DNA of 64,000 nucleotides from a virus (lineage: Duplodnaviria; Heunggongvirae; Uroviricota; Caudoviricetes). Where the stretch lies: IMG/VR virus record IMGVR_UViG_3300017963_000216, positions 33,863-97,862 of that record. One strand, 5' to 3'. Under the pieces are notes generated by a model. The model ran no database searches. It saw only the letters and a program-made list of their open reading frames with translations, and was not told the origin of the DNA. The position numbers and the translations under genes are program-made. Positions 15,107 to 23,906 of this stretch are shown piece by piece; position 1 is the stretch's first letter, and each line of letters opens with the position of its first letter.

Positions 15107-15286
15107 TTACAGGCACGGACCAATCCAGGTGTATGTGCTGTTCAAGCAATCGAGGATGACTTCCATCCAACCTTCGTCGTCGCTGCTGCAAACCACCTCG
15201 TTTTCCTGAAGGTCCATAATGTCGTAAAGGGCGCAGCAGTGGCAGCCGCTCTTGTTCTCTACCACTTTGAATCGGGGTCCGGTCAT
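15107..15286 (-). CDS. Cys-rich small protein (59 aa)
   Basis: MTGPRFKVVENKSGCHCCALYDIMDLQENEVVCSSDDEGWMEVILDCLNSTYTWIGPCL. GGAGTGAA RBS; ATGA-coupled to the Tat-signal protein gene. Confidence 0.3.
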   Translation of the reverse strand: MTGPRFKVVENKSGCHCCALYDIMDLQENEVVCSSDDEGWMEVILDCLNSTYTWIGPCL

Positions 15287-15576
15287 TTCACTCCTCTTTC
15301 TGTTCTGACTCTGTCCATCGCCTTCGCGGCGTGCGGTTCAAAGTCTCGGTGTACAATGTCAGCTATCGCCATGTTCTCTTGGAGTACCTTTAGGCCATCG
15401 CATGCCCAGGACTCAGGTACAAAACAATCTATGCCAGTGGTTCCCACCGCACAGGGGGCGGGGACCGCCGCTACAGAGGGGGTGCTGCCTCCCAACAAAG
15501 GAAGCGGCAACACCATTGCTGGTATTGCCGCTCCAATCACCCTAAGAAACGATCTTCGTTTCATGCTATCGGACAC
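15283..15576 (-). CDS. small exported protein with twin-arginine (Tat) signal peptide
   Basis: MKRRSFLRVIGAAIPAMVLPLPLLGG is an RRxFLR Tat motif plus hydrophobic core. The mature part has 3 Cys. Confidence 0.5.
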   Translation of the reverse strand: MSDSMKRRSFLRVIGAAIPAMVLPLPLLGGSTPSVAAVPAPCAVGTTGIDCFVPESWACDGLKVLQENMAIADIVHRDFEPHAAKAMDRVRTERGVK

Positions 15577-16291
15577 ACCCCACTACTTCGCGGATGGCGT
15601 CGCCAATAGTCTTGTCTTCGTCCCGCTGGATCGAGGAGATGATAATCTCCTGCAAGCCGGGGCTCAGTGAGAATGGGTTGTCACCCAACACGTAGTCGCC
15701 TTCGGCAGGCGTGTCACCCTGAGGCGTAATGGTGCCCAAGGGCGTCACAACGCTGAGGTAAGCCAGGAGGGCTTCACCCTGGCGGTTGCCAGTGCCAACG
15801 CCAGTGGCGGTGACTGCCGGTGCTGCTACGTCCATGTCGACGTTGGCCGTCGTGACGAGCATGTTCAAGTTGGTGACTGAGTCTCCGTTCGCCGTCATGC
15901 TGATGGCTGCCGACGACGCGTTAGCAGTCACACCAACCTTGAGGTCGTCAGCGGTGTACGTCTCGTTCAGAACCTCTCCAGACAGGGCGGTGTCGAGAGC
16001 GGTCTGGACGGCGGCGTTCGCCGAGTTGTAGGCGATGTTGCCTGTGGTGACTTCGACGCCCACCTTCGGGAAGCTGAGTGTGATAGTGAAGTTGCCAGTC
16101 GTGCCTCCGTTGGCAGCGATGGACGCCGAAGCGTCATCAGCGAAGTACGGCGGCGACAAGGTGGGGTCGTTGATCGCTTGAAGGTCAAGCAGCTCTTTGT
16201 ACGCGTGGCGCTGCTGACCTTTCTGGTCAGAGTCTTCGTTGGTGTTGATGGTCGATGCAGCGGTCAGGAAAGTGGCAATAGTACCAGCCAT
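15566..16291 (-). CDS. Ala/Thr/Asn-rich protein with multiple N-X-S/T sequons (structural-like)
   Basis: 241 aa with low-complexity T/A/N/G-rich composition (GNFTIT, NETYT, NASSA). Confidence 0.5.
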   Translation of the reverse strand: MAGTIATFLTAASTINTNEDSDQKGQQRHAYKELLDLQAINDPTLSPPYFADDASASIAANGGTTGNFTITLSFPKVGVEVTTGNIAYNSANAAVQTALDTALSGEVLNETYTADDLKVGVTANASSAAISMTANGDSVTNLNMLVTTANVDMDVAAPAVTATGVGTGNRQGEALLAYLSVVTPLGTITPQGDTPAEGDYVLGDNPFSLSPGLQEIIISSIQRDEDKTIGDAIREVVGCVR

Positions 16292-16355
16292 AAGAATAGG
16301 AACTCCTAAAAGTGTTTACGTCCATGTCGGTTTGGAAACGTCCGCCAAGGACGAG

Positions 16356-16601
16356 TTAGTCAACGAACCCGAACAGGATTCTCACGACGAAAACTGTAAG
16401 GGCAATTTGATACCATGTGAAAGGTAGGAACAATGCTCCGATGAGCCCAATGCCCACCACGATTGCGACGCTGCTCACAACCATCCAGAGTAGCCGGATG
16501 AGGGCGATCAGGATGATCATTGGCGTCGCGTTCAATACGTCGTTTGGACTTGGATCGCTGCGGTGCCTTCCCCGCAACGATCTTAGTGTGTCACGCTTCA
16601 T
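16356..16601 (-). CDS. small membrane protein (2 TM)
   Basis: Internal ATG at 16601 with GGAGG RBS: MKRDTLRSLRG...MIILIALIRLLWMVVSSVAIVVGIGLIGALFLPF. Confidence 0.4.
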   Translation of the reverse strand: MKRDTLRSLRGRHRSDPSPNDVLNATPMIILIALIRLLWMVVSSVAIVVGIGLIGALFLPFTWYQIALTVFVVRILFGFVD

Positions 16602-16609
16602 GTGGCCTC

Positions 16610-17884
16610 CTACAGTGCCGCTGCGATCTCTTCCATCTGGTCGATCTTGTAACGACGCGGTCCAGTCGCTTCGTAGGGACAACGCAGCTTCACAGGAAGC
16701 CGCCACGTGATACCATAGTCCTTGTTGACGCCGTGGATCAACTGGGAAGGTTCAGTGAACCCGCCGAGGGCGTTGAACGCGTAGGCGTCACTTGCAGGCC
16801 ACGCGCCGTTGATGAGCATCTCGCCATTCACCTCGGTCGTCGAACCGGGGCGGTGGAAGTGACCGCAACAGTAGTAGCGAATCGGGGTACAGTTCTGAAC
16901 ACCGTTCAAGGCCATCATTCGGTGACGGCGCTTCTCCAGGCCGTACCACGGAATGCCCAAGCTTGAGCGGATGTCGTCGCCATGGAAGACTTGGAAGCCG
17001 ACGCCGCCAATGTCCAGGTTGCACGAGAACGAGTTGGGAATGTTGAAGGAAACGTTCGGCAAGTCGCGGAGATACATCTCGGCGGTCTTGGCGATCAGGT
17101 AGTCCCAGTTGTCATGCGCGCCATGGTAGTCCTTCTTATTGGACCGGCGACCGTGGTTGCCCGGCACGTAGACGATGTTGACCTGATCAAAGTACGGGGC
17201 GAGGTCGCGGTACATCAGCGAGTGGAGTTGACCGATAGCAAACGCATTCTTAAAAGCGTTGCGGAAATAGGATCGCGATGTATGTCCATGAATCTCGCCG
17301 GACGTGTGGTCGCCGTAGGCCAGCACGGTGAGGCTGGGGAAGGCGAAGCCTTGCAAGGTCTGCTGGGTCCACTTGAGGATCGTGTCAACATACCTCTCGG
17401 CCCGACACATCGAAATGGGGAAGTCATAGGTCTCCAGTCCGCCCGTGTCGTCGGGCGTGACGATCTGGTCGTGGTGACCATCACTGATGTGCATCACGAG
17501 GTGCTCGCGGATGGTGCCCTTGCCGTCCTTCTTGAACTTGGGGCGTGCCGAGGGCAGCGGACGCATCGGCTTGACTCGTTCGTCCATCTCCTCGACCACG
17601 GCTTGGAACAAGCCCTGAGTCTTGGCGGCGGACTTGAGCTGCCGCTTGTACTTGTTGCGTTCGTCTCGGAGATGCTCGTTGTCGGATTGCAGCTTGAAGA
17701 TCTGGGCGTCTTGCTCGGTCATGACTATCTCCGCTTTGACGTCTTTGTGTACTCGGCCACAGGCGATGTCACTGATGACAGACCGGCTGACGCCGTACTT
17801 CGTGCCGATTTCCTTCTGAGTGAGTAGCTTCTCTGAGAGATCCACCTTGATCTCTTTCACGCTCTTTTCATTCAGCTTGGTCAT
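16610..17884 (-). CDS. calcineurin-like metallophosphoesterase (SbcD/Mre11-like motifs) with N-terminal HTH domain
   Basis: Motifs SDGHHD, AYGDHTSGEIHG, VYVPGNHG and CCGHFH; N-terminal LTQKEIGTKYGVSRSVISDI helix-turn-helix and a coiled-coil linker. Confidence 0.7.
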   Translation of the reverse strand: MTKLNEKSVKEIKVDLSEKLLTQKEIGTKYGVSRSVISDIACGRVHKDVKAEIVMTEQDAQIFKLQSDNEHLRDERNKYKRQLKSAAKTQGLFQAVVEEMDERVKPMRPLPSARPKFKKDGKGTIREHLVMHISDGHHDQIVTPDDTGGLETYDFPISMCRAERYVDTILKWTQQTLQGFAFPSLTVLAYGDHTSGEIHGHTSRSYFRNAFKNAFAIGQLHSLMYRDLAPYFDQVNIVYVPGNHGRRSNKKDYHGAHDNWDYLIAKTAEMYLRDLPNVSFNIPNSFSCNLDIGGVGFQVFHGDDIRSSLGIPWYGLEKRRHRMMALNGVQNCTPIRYYCCGHFHRPGSTTEVNGEMLINGAWPASDAYAFNALGGFTEPSQLIHGVNKDYGITWRLPVKLRCPYEATGPRRYKIDQMEEIAAAL

Positions 17885-19772
17885 TTGGTTCTCCGATGAG
17901 TTTCGTTTCAGTAAAAGGGTGATTCTTTAGTGTGTACTCTAAGGCTTCAAGGAAGTAGTTTCCCTTGAGTGTGAACAGTCGTTCCTTCAGGTTCAGGCTT
18001 GCCAAGTGCTCCCGCTGCGCGGCAAGTTTCTCCGGGTCGACGATCAGCTCGGCTGCTCGCTCGACAAAGTCACGAGGCGAGGTCACGTTGTTCTCGCTCA
18101 TGCCAACCTGATCGTTCAGCCACATACCGGCCCGGTTGTAGAACCGAGAGCCGACCATCGTGATGAAAGGCAGCCCCATGTAGAGGCTCTCTATCAGAAC
18201 GTTGTAGCATCCGAACGGGAAGGAGTTCAGGGAGAGGTCGTGCTGCTCCGCGTTCTCCATGTAGTCGTAATACTCCTGTGCGTTGTGCATGATCATGTTC
18301 GGCACGATCTTGCGGGCCTCGTTGACGAAGCTAGGCAACGCAGCGTAGCGGTTGACCCCAGGGCTGGCGAAGAAGTGGAACTCGTGGTCGAGCACTGGCT
18401 CCGATTCGGCTTCCTTCTTCAGGGCGATGACTCGCTGGTTGATAGCACCGACTATCTGCAACAACGTGTTGTTGTATTTGTCGGGGCCCCACACGCAGTT
18501 GATGCGAACGATGCCGTCAGCCTTGTAGTTGTGCTTCCTCTCGTACGTCGGCCACGCGGGCTCTTGTGCGAGACCAGGGATCATGACGCGAGTCTCAGAG
18601 TAGGCCTCTGGGTCGCAGTCCTTCTCGACGTCGCCACCGAAGTGGTAGTCGATTTCGTTGTTGTCGCCGGTCGTGTCAGGGTGACCGTAGCCGACCGCTT
18701 GGATCGGGGCCATGCGACAGTTGCTCAGCCAGATGCTCTCGTCCGACATGCCGATGTCAGGGAAGTATACCATCTGGAAGTCGTTGTCGACCAACGCCTC
18801 AGGCATCTCAATTCCGCCGTCCTGTCGGAAGTAGCACTTGTGCACCGAGTCGAAGTAGTCGGTCACTATCGTGTCTGGGTTGTGCTCTCCGGTCCAGATC
18901 AGGGTCAGCTTGTACTTGTCCTTCCACTGCTCTACCAGCGGGCCAGCGGACTTGTACACTGCGTGGTTGCGGTGCCACCGGTTGGTGATGATCGCGATTG
19001 ACTTCGGGTCTGGGTTGTTGGTGAACGTCCAGTTCAGCTTCTCTTTGATGGCCTTCTTCATGGCCGTGTTCATGATGGCCTTCAGGTTGCGTACATGCTC
19101 AGGGCAATGATAGGTGCTGGAGAAGTACATGCCAGACACGTGGTTCGAGTACGGCTCCCACCGGGAGTCGATGTTCTTGATGTGATTGTACATGTTCGCC
19201 TGAATGACATTGGTAGGCGACGAAATACCGAGCAAGTAGGTTTGGTACCACATCGAAGCCAGTATCGGGCTGACTGCGAACAAGTTGTCCTGAGAGATCT
19301 GGGTCACGCATCGAGGGTTCTGCAACATCAGAACCTTGGCTGCGTTGTCCTTTGTGATGAGCACATTCCGCAGCGGGCCGTCCGTTGTTTCGTAGCCGGT
19401 AAGGGCCACGATGTGCTGGTACAAGTGACCCACCTGGACGAGGCCTTGTGCGTGATTGTCGTTCGGCACAAACTCTTCGTCCATCAAAGCCGTGTTGGTG
19501 ATCTGAACGAATTCATTCAGCACCTTGATGGCCGCAGTGGAGAACTTGGTGAAGTGATGCGACTCGAAGAACAGCAGGTACTTGATGATCAAGTCCCAGA
19601 CCTTGGGGTCGCGAGCGGTGACCGCCTTCAAGCACGCATTGTAATTCAGTGCGGGGATGCCCGTCTCTTTGGTGGGCTCGATGATGAGCTGCTCGGACAC
19701 CGCCTTCTGTCGCAGCGACTTGGTCTTGCGCTTCGCGTCCAGCTGCTTCTGTCGTTTCTTATTCCTGGCCAC
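17868..19772 (-). CDS. GT41-family glycosyltransferase (OGT/HMW1C-like catalytic region, no TPRs)
   Basis: RMAPIQAVGYGHPDTTG...DY aligns with OGT LRPAPIQAMWLGYPGTSG...DY. C-terminal FPFGCYNVLIESLYMGLPFITMVGSRFYNRAGMW aligns with OGT [35 protein letters not shown]. Lys/Arg-rich N-terminus. Confidence 0.65.
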   Translation of the reverse strand: MARNKKRQKQLDAKRKTKSLRQKAVSEQLIIEPTKETGIPALNYNACLKAVTARDPKVWDLIIKYLLFFESHHFTKFSTAAIKVLNEFVQITNTALMDEEFVPNDNHAQGLVQVGHLYQHIVALTGYETTDGPLRNVLITKDNAAKVLMLQNPRCVTQISQDNLFAVSPILASMWYQTYLLGISSPTNVIQANMYNHIKNIDSRWEPYSNHVSGMYFSSTYHCPEHVRNLKAIMNTAMKKAIKEKLNWTFTNNPDPKSIAIITNRWHRNHAVYKSAGPLVEQWKDKYKLTLIWTGEHNPDTIVTDYFDSVHKCYFRQDGGIEMPEALVDNDFQMVYFPDIGMSDESIWLSNCRMAPIQAVGYGHPDTTGDNNEIDYHFGGDVEKDCDPEAYSETRVMIPGLAQEPAWPTYERKHNYKADGIVRINCVWGPDKYNNTLLQIVGAINQRVIALKKEAESEPVLDHEFHFFASPGVNRYAALPSFVNEARKIVPNMIMHNAQEYYDYMENAEQHDLSLNSFPFGCYNVLIESLYMGLPFITMVGSRFYNRAGMWLNDQVGMSENNVTSPRDFVERAAELIVDPEKLAAQREHLASLNLKERLFTLKGNYFLEALEYTLKNHPFTETKLIGEPNDQAE

Positions 19773-20925
19773 GGTCGACCTCCACTAATTTGCCCTGCTC
19801 GAAAGACAGGATGCGGTTGCACGGGATGTTGCGACGCTTGATCTCTTCGGCGATGTCTGCCTTACGCCAAGCAGTCGTTATAACAATTGTGTCTACGTGG
19901 TCGATCAGCAGCTTCTCTGGGGACGTGATCTGGATGCCAGTCCCAGGAACGTACATGCCGACCTTGTTCTCGTCGCTGTCCACCACCAGAGCGTCTTCAG
20001 GAACGCCGAGGTAGTTCAGGAACATCGCCGACTTGCCAGCACCGCCCCAGTAGGCCACGCTGTCCATGTCTTTGAGTTCGGCTCCGATCTTGCAGCAGGT
20101 GAACGACATCTTGTTAAAGCTGTCGCGCAACTTGCAGAAGGTGTCCTCCTCGAACGGTAGGACATGGCCGATGTAAACCAGCACCTCGCCGCCGTAGGAC
20201 CTGTAGCAAGCGTCCGTCTCGAACCCGGCACGTTGCATCAGACTGACCAAGCTGGCCCGTGTGAAGTGCTGCGGGTGCTCGTACGTCCAGTCTGCCAGTC
20301 GTGTGTCGGTCAGGGCGTTCTCGATGCTGGGCACTTCCACAACAACATTGGCGTTCTTGCCGAAGTGTCGACGGGCTTGGGCGATGCCCTCCATGAAACT
20401 CTTCGGGTCCTCCATGTGTTCCAGGAGATGTCGCATAACCACGACCAAGTCGCCAGCGCCATTAGGAAGATGGCGGCTCGGGTCGAAGTAGTTCTTCTCG
20501 ACATGAATGTTCTGATCCTCGCAGCCTCCCTTGTTGGCTGCCGGGTCCACTGCGATCTTGATGAACCCAGGGTCCAGCATGTCGAGGAACTCGCAGTTGC
20601 CAGCCCCAATCTCCAGCACGGTCGGTACGGTTCCATATCGGTAGTTGACGCTTCCGGCCAGCTCTTCCATATGTCGCAGCCACCTGTGGCCATTGTTCCA
20701 CATGCGACAGCCTTCGCCGGAATACTCCACCTCGTGTGTGAAGCTGGTGTTGAAGCAGTGCCCACACTGCTCGCAGATCGAGATCGTGATTGGCAGCCGC
20801 AGCTGACACTCAGAGTCGCCCTTGGTCTTGGTCAGAGCCACTAATGAAAGCGGCTGCCGACCCATATCGATCAAGGGGTACACGTCCACTGTGCCACAAG
20901 CCGGGCAGGCATCTTGAACTTTCAA
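19759..20925 (-). CDS. class I SAM-dependent methyltransferase with N-terminal zinc ribbon (NDP-hexose C-methyltransferase TylCIII/CoxQ-like architecture)
   Basis: CPACG...CEQCGHC zinc ribbon; VLEIGAGNCEFLDML motif I; C-terminal extension. Overlaps the GT41 start by 14 nt (same operon). Confidence 0.6.
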   Translation of the reverse strand: MKVQDACPACGTVDVYPLIDMGRQPLSLVALTKTKGDSECQLRLPITISICEQCGHCFNTSFTHEVEYSGEGCRMWNNGHRWLRHMEELAGSVNYRYGTVPTVLEIGAGNCEFLDMLDPGFIKIAVDPAANKGGCEDQNIHVEKNYFDPSRHLPNGAGDLVVVMRHLLEHMEDPKSFMEGIAQARRHFGKNANVVVEVPSIENALTDTRLADWTYEHPQHFTRASLVSLMQRAGFETDACYRSYGGEVLVYIGHVLPFEEDTFCKLRDSFNKMSFTCCKIGAELKDMDSVAYWGGAGKSAMFLNYLGVPEDALVVDSDENKVGMYVPGTGIQITSPEKLLIDHVDTIVITTAWRKADIAEEIKRRNIPCNRILSFEQGKLVEVDRGQE

Positions 20926-21086
20926 CGCATTTCCCTTTCTTCCTCATCGAGGTCGACCACTAGGACGAGGCTCTCTGAGTTCTCCAATGCTCGGTGGATG
21001 TCGTGACGGACGCCGTTGATCTCGACTTGCACTAGCGAGTCTTGAAAGCAGGTGTCCAAGCTGTCAAGCAGTTCGTGAACTAGCAT
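20922..21086 (-). CDS. hypothetical small acidic protein
   Basis: Internal ATG (MLVHELLDSLDTCF...). The upstream part of the track ORF is Arg-rich junk. Confidence 0.25.
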   Translation of the reverse strand: MLVHELLDSLDTCFQDSLVQVEINGVRHDIHRALENSESLVLVVDLDEEEREMR

Positions 21087-21439
21087 GGTGCTTCCGTTTC
21101 TTTCAGTTCTTCCTGGTACATGGGGCTGACACACACCTCGCCGCGTTCCTTCTTGATGTTGGCCACTGTCGCGCCAACGTAAGGACCTTCGTAGAGGCAC
21201 TCCACCATCGGCACGTCGAAGGCGGCACACACTGCTTTGATGTAGTTGTAGCCAGGGCAGGTGTCGTTCAGCTTGATGTCGAGCACAGCACCTTCCGAGT
21301 CGCAGACAACGCAGACGTCGGCGTCTTCGCCGCGAAGGCCGTACAATATCTCGGTGATCTTCGCAGGTGTCTTCGAGTTGGGAATGCAGCTGTGGTAGTA
21401 GTACATATCGTTGGGCATCAGCAGGACTGCAATGTTCAT
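21080..21439 (-). CDS. hypothetical protein
   Basis: 119-aa ORF, ATGA-coupled to the helicase gene. Confidence 0.45.
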   Translation of the reverse strand: MNIAVLLMPNDMYYYHSCIPNSKTPAKITEILYGLRGEDADVCVVCDSEGAVLDIKLNDTCPGYNYIKAVCAAFDVPMVECLYEGPYVGATVANIKKERGEVCVSPMYQEELKETEAPC

Positions 21440-23397
21440 ACTAGGGATTCCTTCATTTCTGTCAAGGTCATTTCTTCGAGACGACGATTGTCTCGCAACA
21501 CGTCCAACACCTTCTGGTCGGTCCCAAGGTGGAACAGGTCGACGATGGTGGCACCCTTGTTCTCGTCCATGCCTGGACGATGGATGCGGTCTTCGGCCTG
21601 CCGTCGCGACTCCGGTTTGAAGTCGTTACTATAAAACACTTCCATCCTGGCCTCAGTCAGAGTCAAACCCATACCGCCTGACTCTGGGTGCGCGACAAAC
21701 ACGACTCGTTCGTTGTTAAGGTTGCGCCAATAGTTGAGCGGCTTCAGCTTGGTGCTGACTCGCTCACCGTCGTACCTCATGACCTTCCACCCGCGACCGT
21801 CGACCCGCACCACGTTCCATTGCTGGGCATGGCACACGTTGACTATCCGGTCGATTGATCCTCGGAAGCCTGCGAAGACGACAAGACGGCCTTGGTCTTC
21901 GTTCTCTTCCAACAGGTCTCGGATGGCCTGCTCTTTCGGGCACTTCACTTCTTTGGTCTCGCGGACCATTTTGGGGATCTCACCGGACCCCATGCACTTC
22001 TCACACTGCTCAGTACGCAGCTCGTAGTTGATCTCGCCGCGAGCCAATGCAGCAGCTGGGTCGTAACCTTCAGGGAAATCGTGAGTCTCACCGGACTCAT
22101 CAAACCACTGCTGGCACTCGCCTTCGCCTTTGCACACTGGACACGGGATCACGCCGTCTTGCACGTCGCGGTATTGGAAGCCGTCAGACAACTCCCGCAG
22201 CCACGTCATGCCTTGGATGACACTCAGGGCCGACTTGGCCAAGGCCTTGGCGACACGCTTGATGGTGCTGCTCGGCTCCAGGTGAACCTCTCGGTAAACC
22301 TTGTCCGGCAAGTCCAGGACGTCCTTCTTCAACAGCGGAAGAGCCAGACCATCCAGCCGCTCGTACATGTAAGCCACTTCGTTGACACAGGGCACAAATG
22401 TGTGCGCGTTGTCGGAGGCGAAGATGTCGTCGGTCATGTGGATTGGGTTGTCCACTCGGATGACGCTGCCGTCTTCCTGCTCCTCGTCTATCCACATGAA
22501 CTGGCCACAAACCGAGCAGCGTTCCACGTCGTCCTTCCACGCGGTGCGGGTCCAGAACTTTCCTTGGTCGGTGTACTTCTCTTGGTAGATGCCGAGCCGT
22601 TGCTCGAACGCTTTGGCCGATCCTTCCTTCAGGAAGCCAGGGTAGCAGATCTCGCACTGACTCCACCAGTCCAGCGGGGACTTCGGAGCGGGTGTACCAG
22701 ACATCAGGATCACGTAGCCGTCCCACCCGTGCTCTCGGCGGATGGCGTCAGACAGGTGCTGAGCTGCCTTGGTTCGCTTCGACTTCCAGGACTTGAGTCG
22801 GGAAGACTCGTCGAAGATCACACCTTTCGGTGCGGGTCGGCCCGCCTCCCATCGTTCGATCTCAAGAGTGAAGCCACGGTAGGTCATCAGGTTGGGGTTG
22901 GTTCGCAGACCCCACTTCTCGAACTCCAGGTCCACAGCGTTGAGACCAGACCGTGGGGCGACCCACCACCAGTCGTTCACACCAGACCGCTCCATCACTT
23001 CGATGGCTGACAGCGTTTTACCAACGCCCATCTCGGCAGCCAGGATCTTGTAGTGGTACGTCAGGCAGTGGTCGGACATCAAACACTGATGGTCGAACAA
23101 AGGCCGTTCGTAGATGAAGTTCTGTAGCGGCTTGTCCCAGTTAGCGTATGGGTTGCCGCCTTGCATGTAGTCGAGTTGGAAGTTGTTGCGGGTGCAGTCG
23201 GACACCGACCAGATCTTTCTCTTGTCGCCCTCGATGAAGCCGTGCCACTTGCTCCCTGCCATTGCTTTGATCTCGTCCTTCAAGGCATAGTCAGACTTGA
23301 GGAATTCGATCCGGCCATTCTCACGAGACACGGTGGCGGGTGAACGCACCCAGGAGCCACTCTTAGTCTGCTTGAGAAGTTTTAGTTCTTCAATCAT
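21436..23397 (-). CDS. SNF2-family (SF2) helicase/ATPase with inserted Cys-rich zinc-finger region
   Basis: Motif I LAAEMGVGKTLSAI; motif II VIFDESSRLKS; motif III VILMSGTPAPKSPLD; motif VI QAEDRIHRPGMDE; CxxC pairs mid-protein. Confidence 0.75.
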   Translation of the reverse strand: MIEELKLLKQTKSGSWVRSPATVSRENGRIEFLKSDYALKDEIKAMAGSKWHGFIEGDKRKIWSVSDCTRNNFQLDYMQGGNPYANWDKPLQNFIYERPLFDHQCLMSDHCLTYHYKILAAEMGVGKTLSAIEVMERSGVNDWWWVAPRSGLNAVDLEFEKWGLRTNPNLMTYRGFTLEIERWEAGRPAPKGVIFDESSRLKSWKSKRTKAAQHLSDAIRREHGWDGYVILMSGTPAPKSPLDWWSQCEICYPGFLKEGSAKAFEQRLGIYQEKYTDQGKFWTRTAWKDDVERCSVCGQFMWIDEEQEDGSVIRVDNPIHMTDDIFASDNAHTFVPCVNEVAYMYERLDGLALPLLKKDVLDLPDKVYREVHLEPSSTIKRVAKALAKSALSVIQGMTWLRELSDGFQYRDVQDGVIPCPVCKGEGECQQWFDESGETHDFPEGYDPAAALARGEINYELRTEQCEKCMGSGEIPKMVRETKEVKCPKEQAIRDLLEENEDQGRLVVFAGFRGSIDRIVNVCHAQQWNVVRVDGRGWKVMRYDGERVSTKLKPLNYWRNLNNERVVFVAHPESGGMGLTLTEARMEVFYSNDFKPESRRQAEDRIHRPGMDENKGATIVDLFHLGTDQKVLDVLRDNRRLEEMTLTEMKESLV

Positions 23398-23906
23398 TTA
23401 TGTTCCAGTAAGAATGTGTTGTCTGATGTATGCTCTCGTTTGCGAGCTTCAAACATCGGGGCCAACCCCAACTTGTTGAACTCGGCGTAGAGTTGATTAC
23501 AAATCTTCCTGACTTCGCTTGTCACAGTTGACACACAACCTCGTAGGACGGCCATCCGCCATTGAGACATTGAACCCGAAATAAAGGCAACCATTGTACC
23601 CCGCTGCACGGAGTCGACTAACAATGCGGGCATTCCGCATACTTCTAGAAGTTCTGCGAAGTCTCTCTCGTCCGCAGCCACAAGGAAGCCCGCATGGAAA
23701 AGATTCGCGTACGGGGCCAGGGACGAAGCTGTGGGTTTCAGGTTCGGTTCTTTGAGAGCCGCGATACACAACATGTGATGCAGGGGTGGGTCGGCGTTCA
23801 CCGAGTCCGCTGGCTCGCTCAGACTTCTCCCAAGAGCCGCACGCGCAGCGGGTAAGAACTTCTTCAGGTCCAGGTTGCTGAACTGAACTAGTGATACTCC
23901 GCTCAT
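23394..23906 (-). CDS. hypothetical protein
   Basis: 170-aa ORF, ATGA-coupled on both sides. Confidence 0.45.
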   Translation of the reverse strand: MSGVSLVQFSNLDLKKFLPAARAALGRSLSEPADSVNADPPLHHMLCIAALKEPNLKPTASSLAPYANLFHAGFLVAADERDFAELLEVCGMPALLVDSVQRGTMVAFISGSMSQWRMAVLRGCVSTVTSEVRKICNQLYAEFNKLGLAPMFEARKREHTSDNTFLLEHK

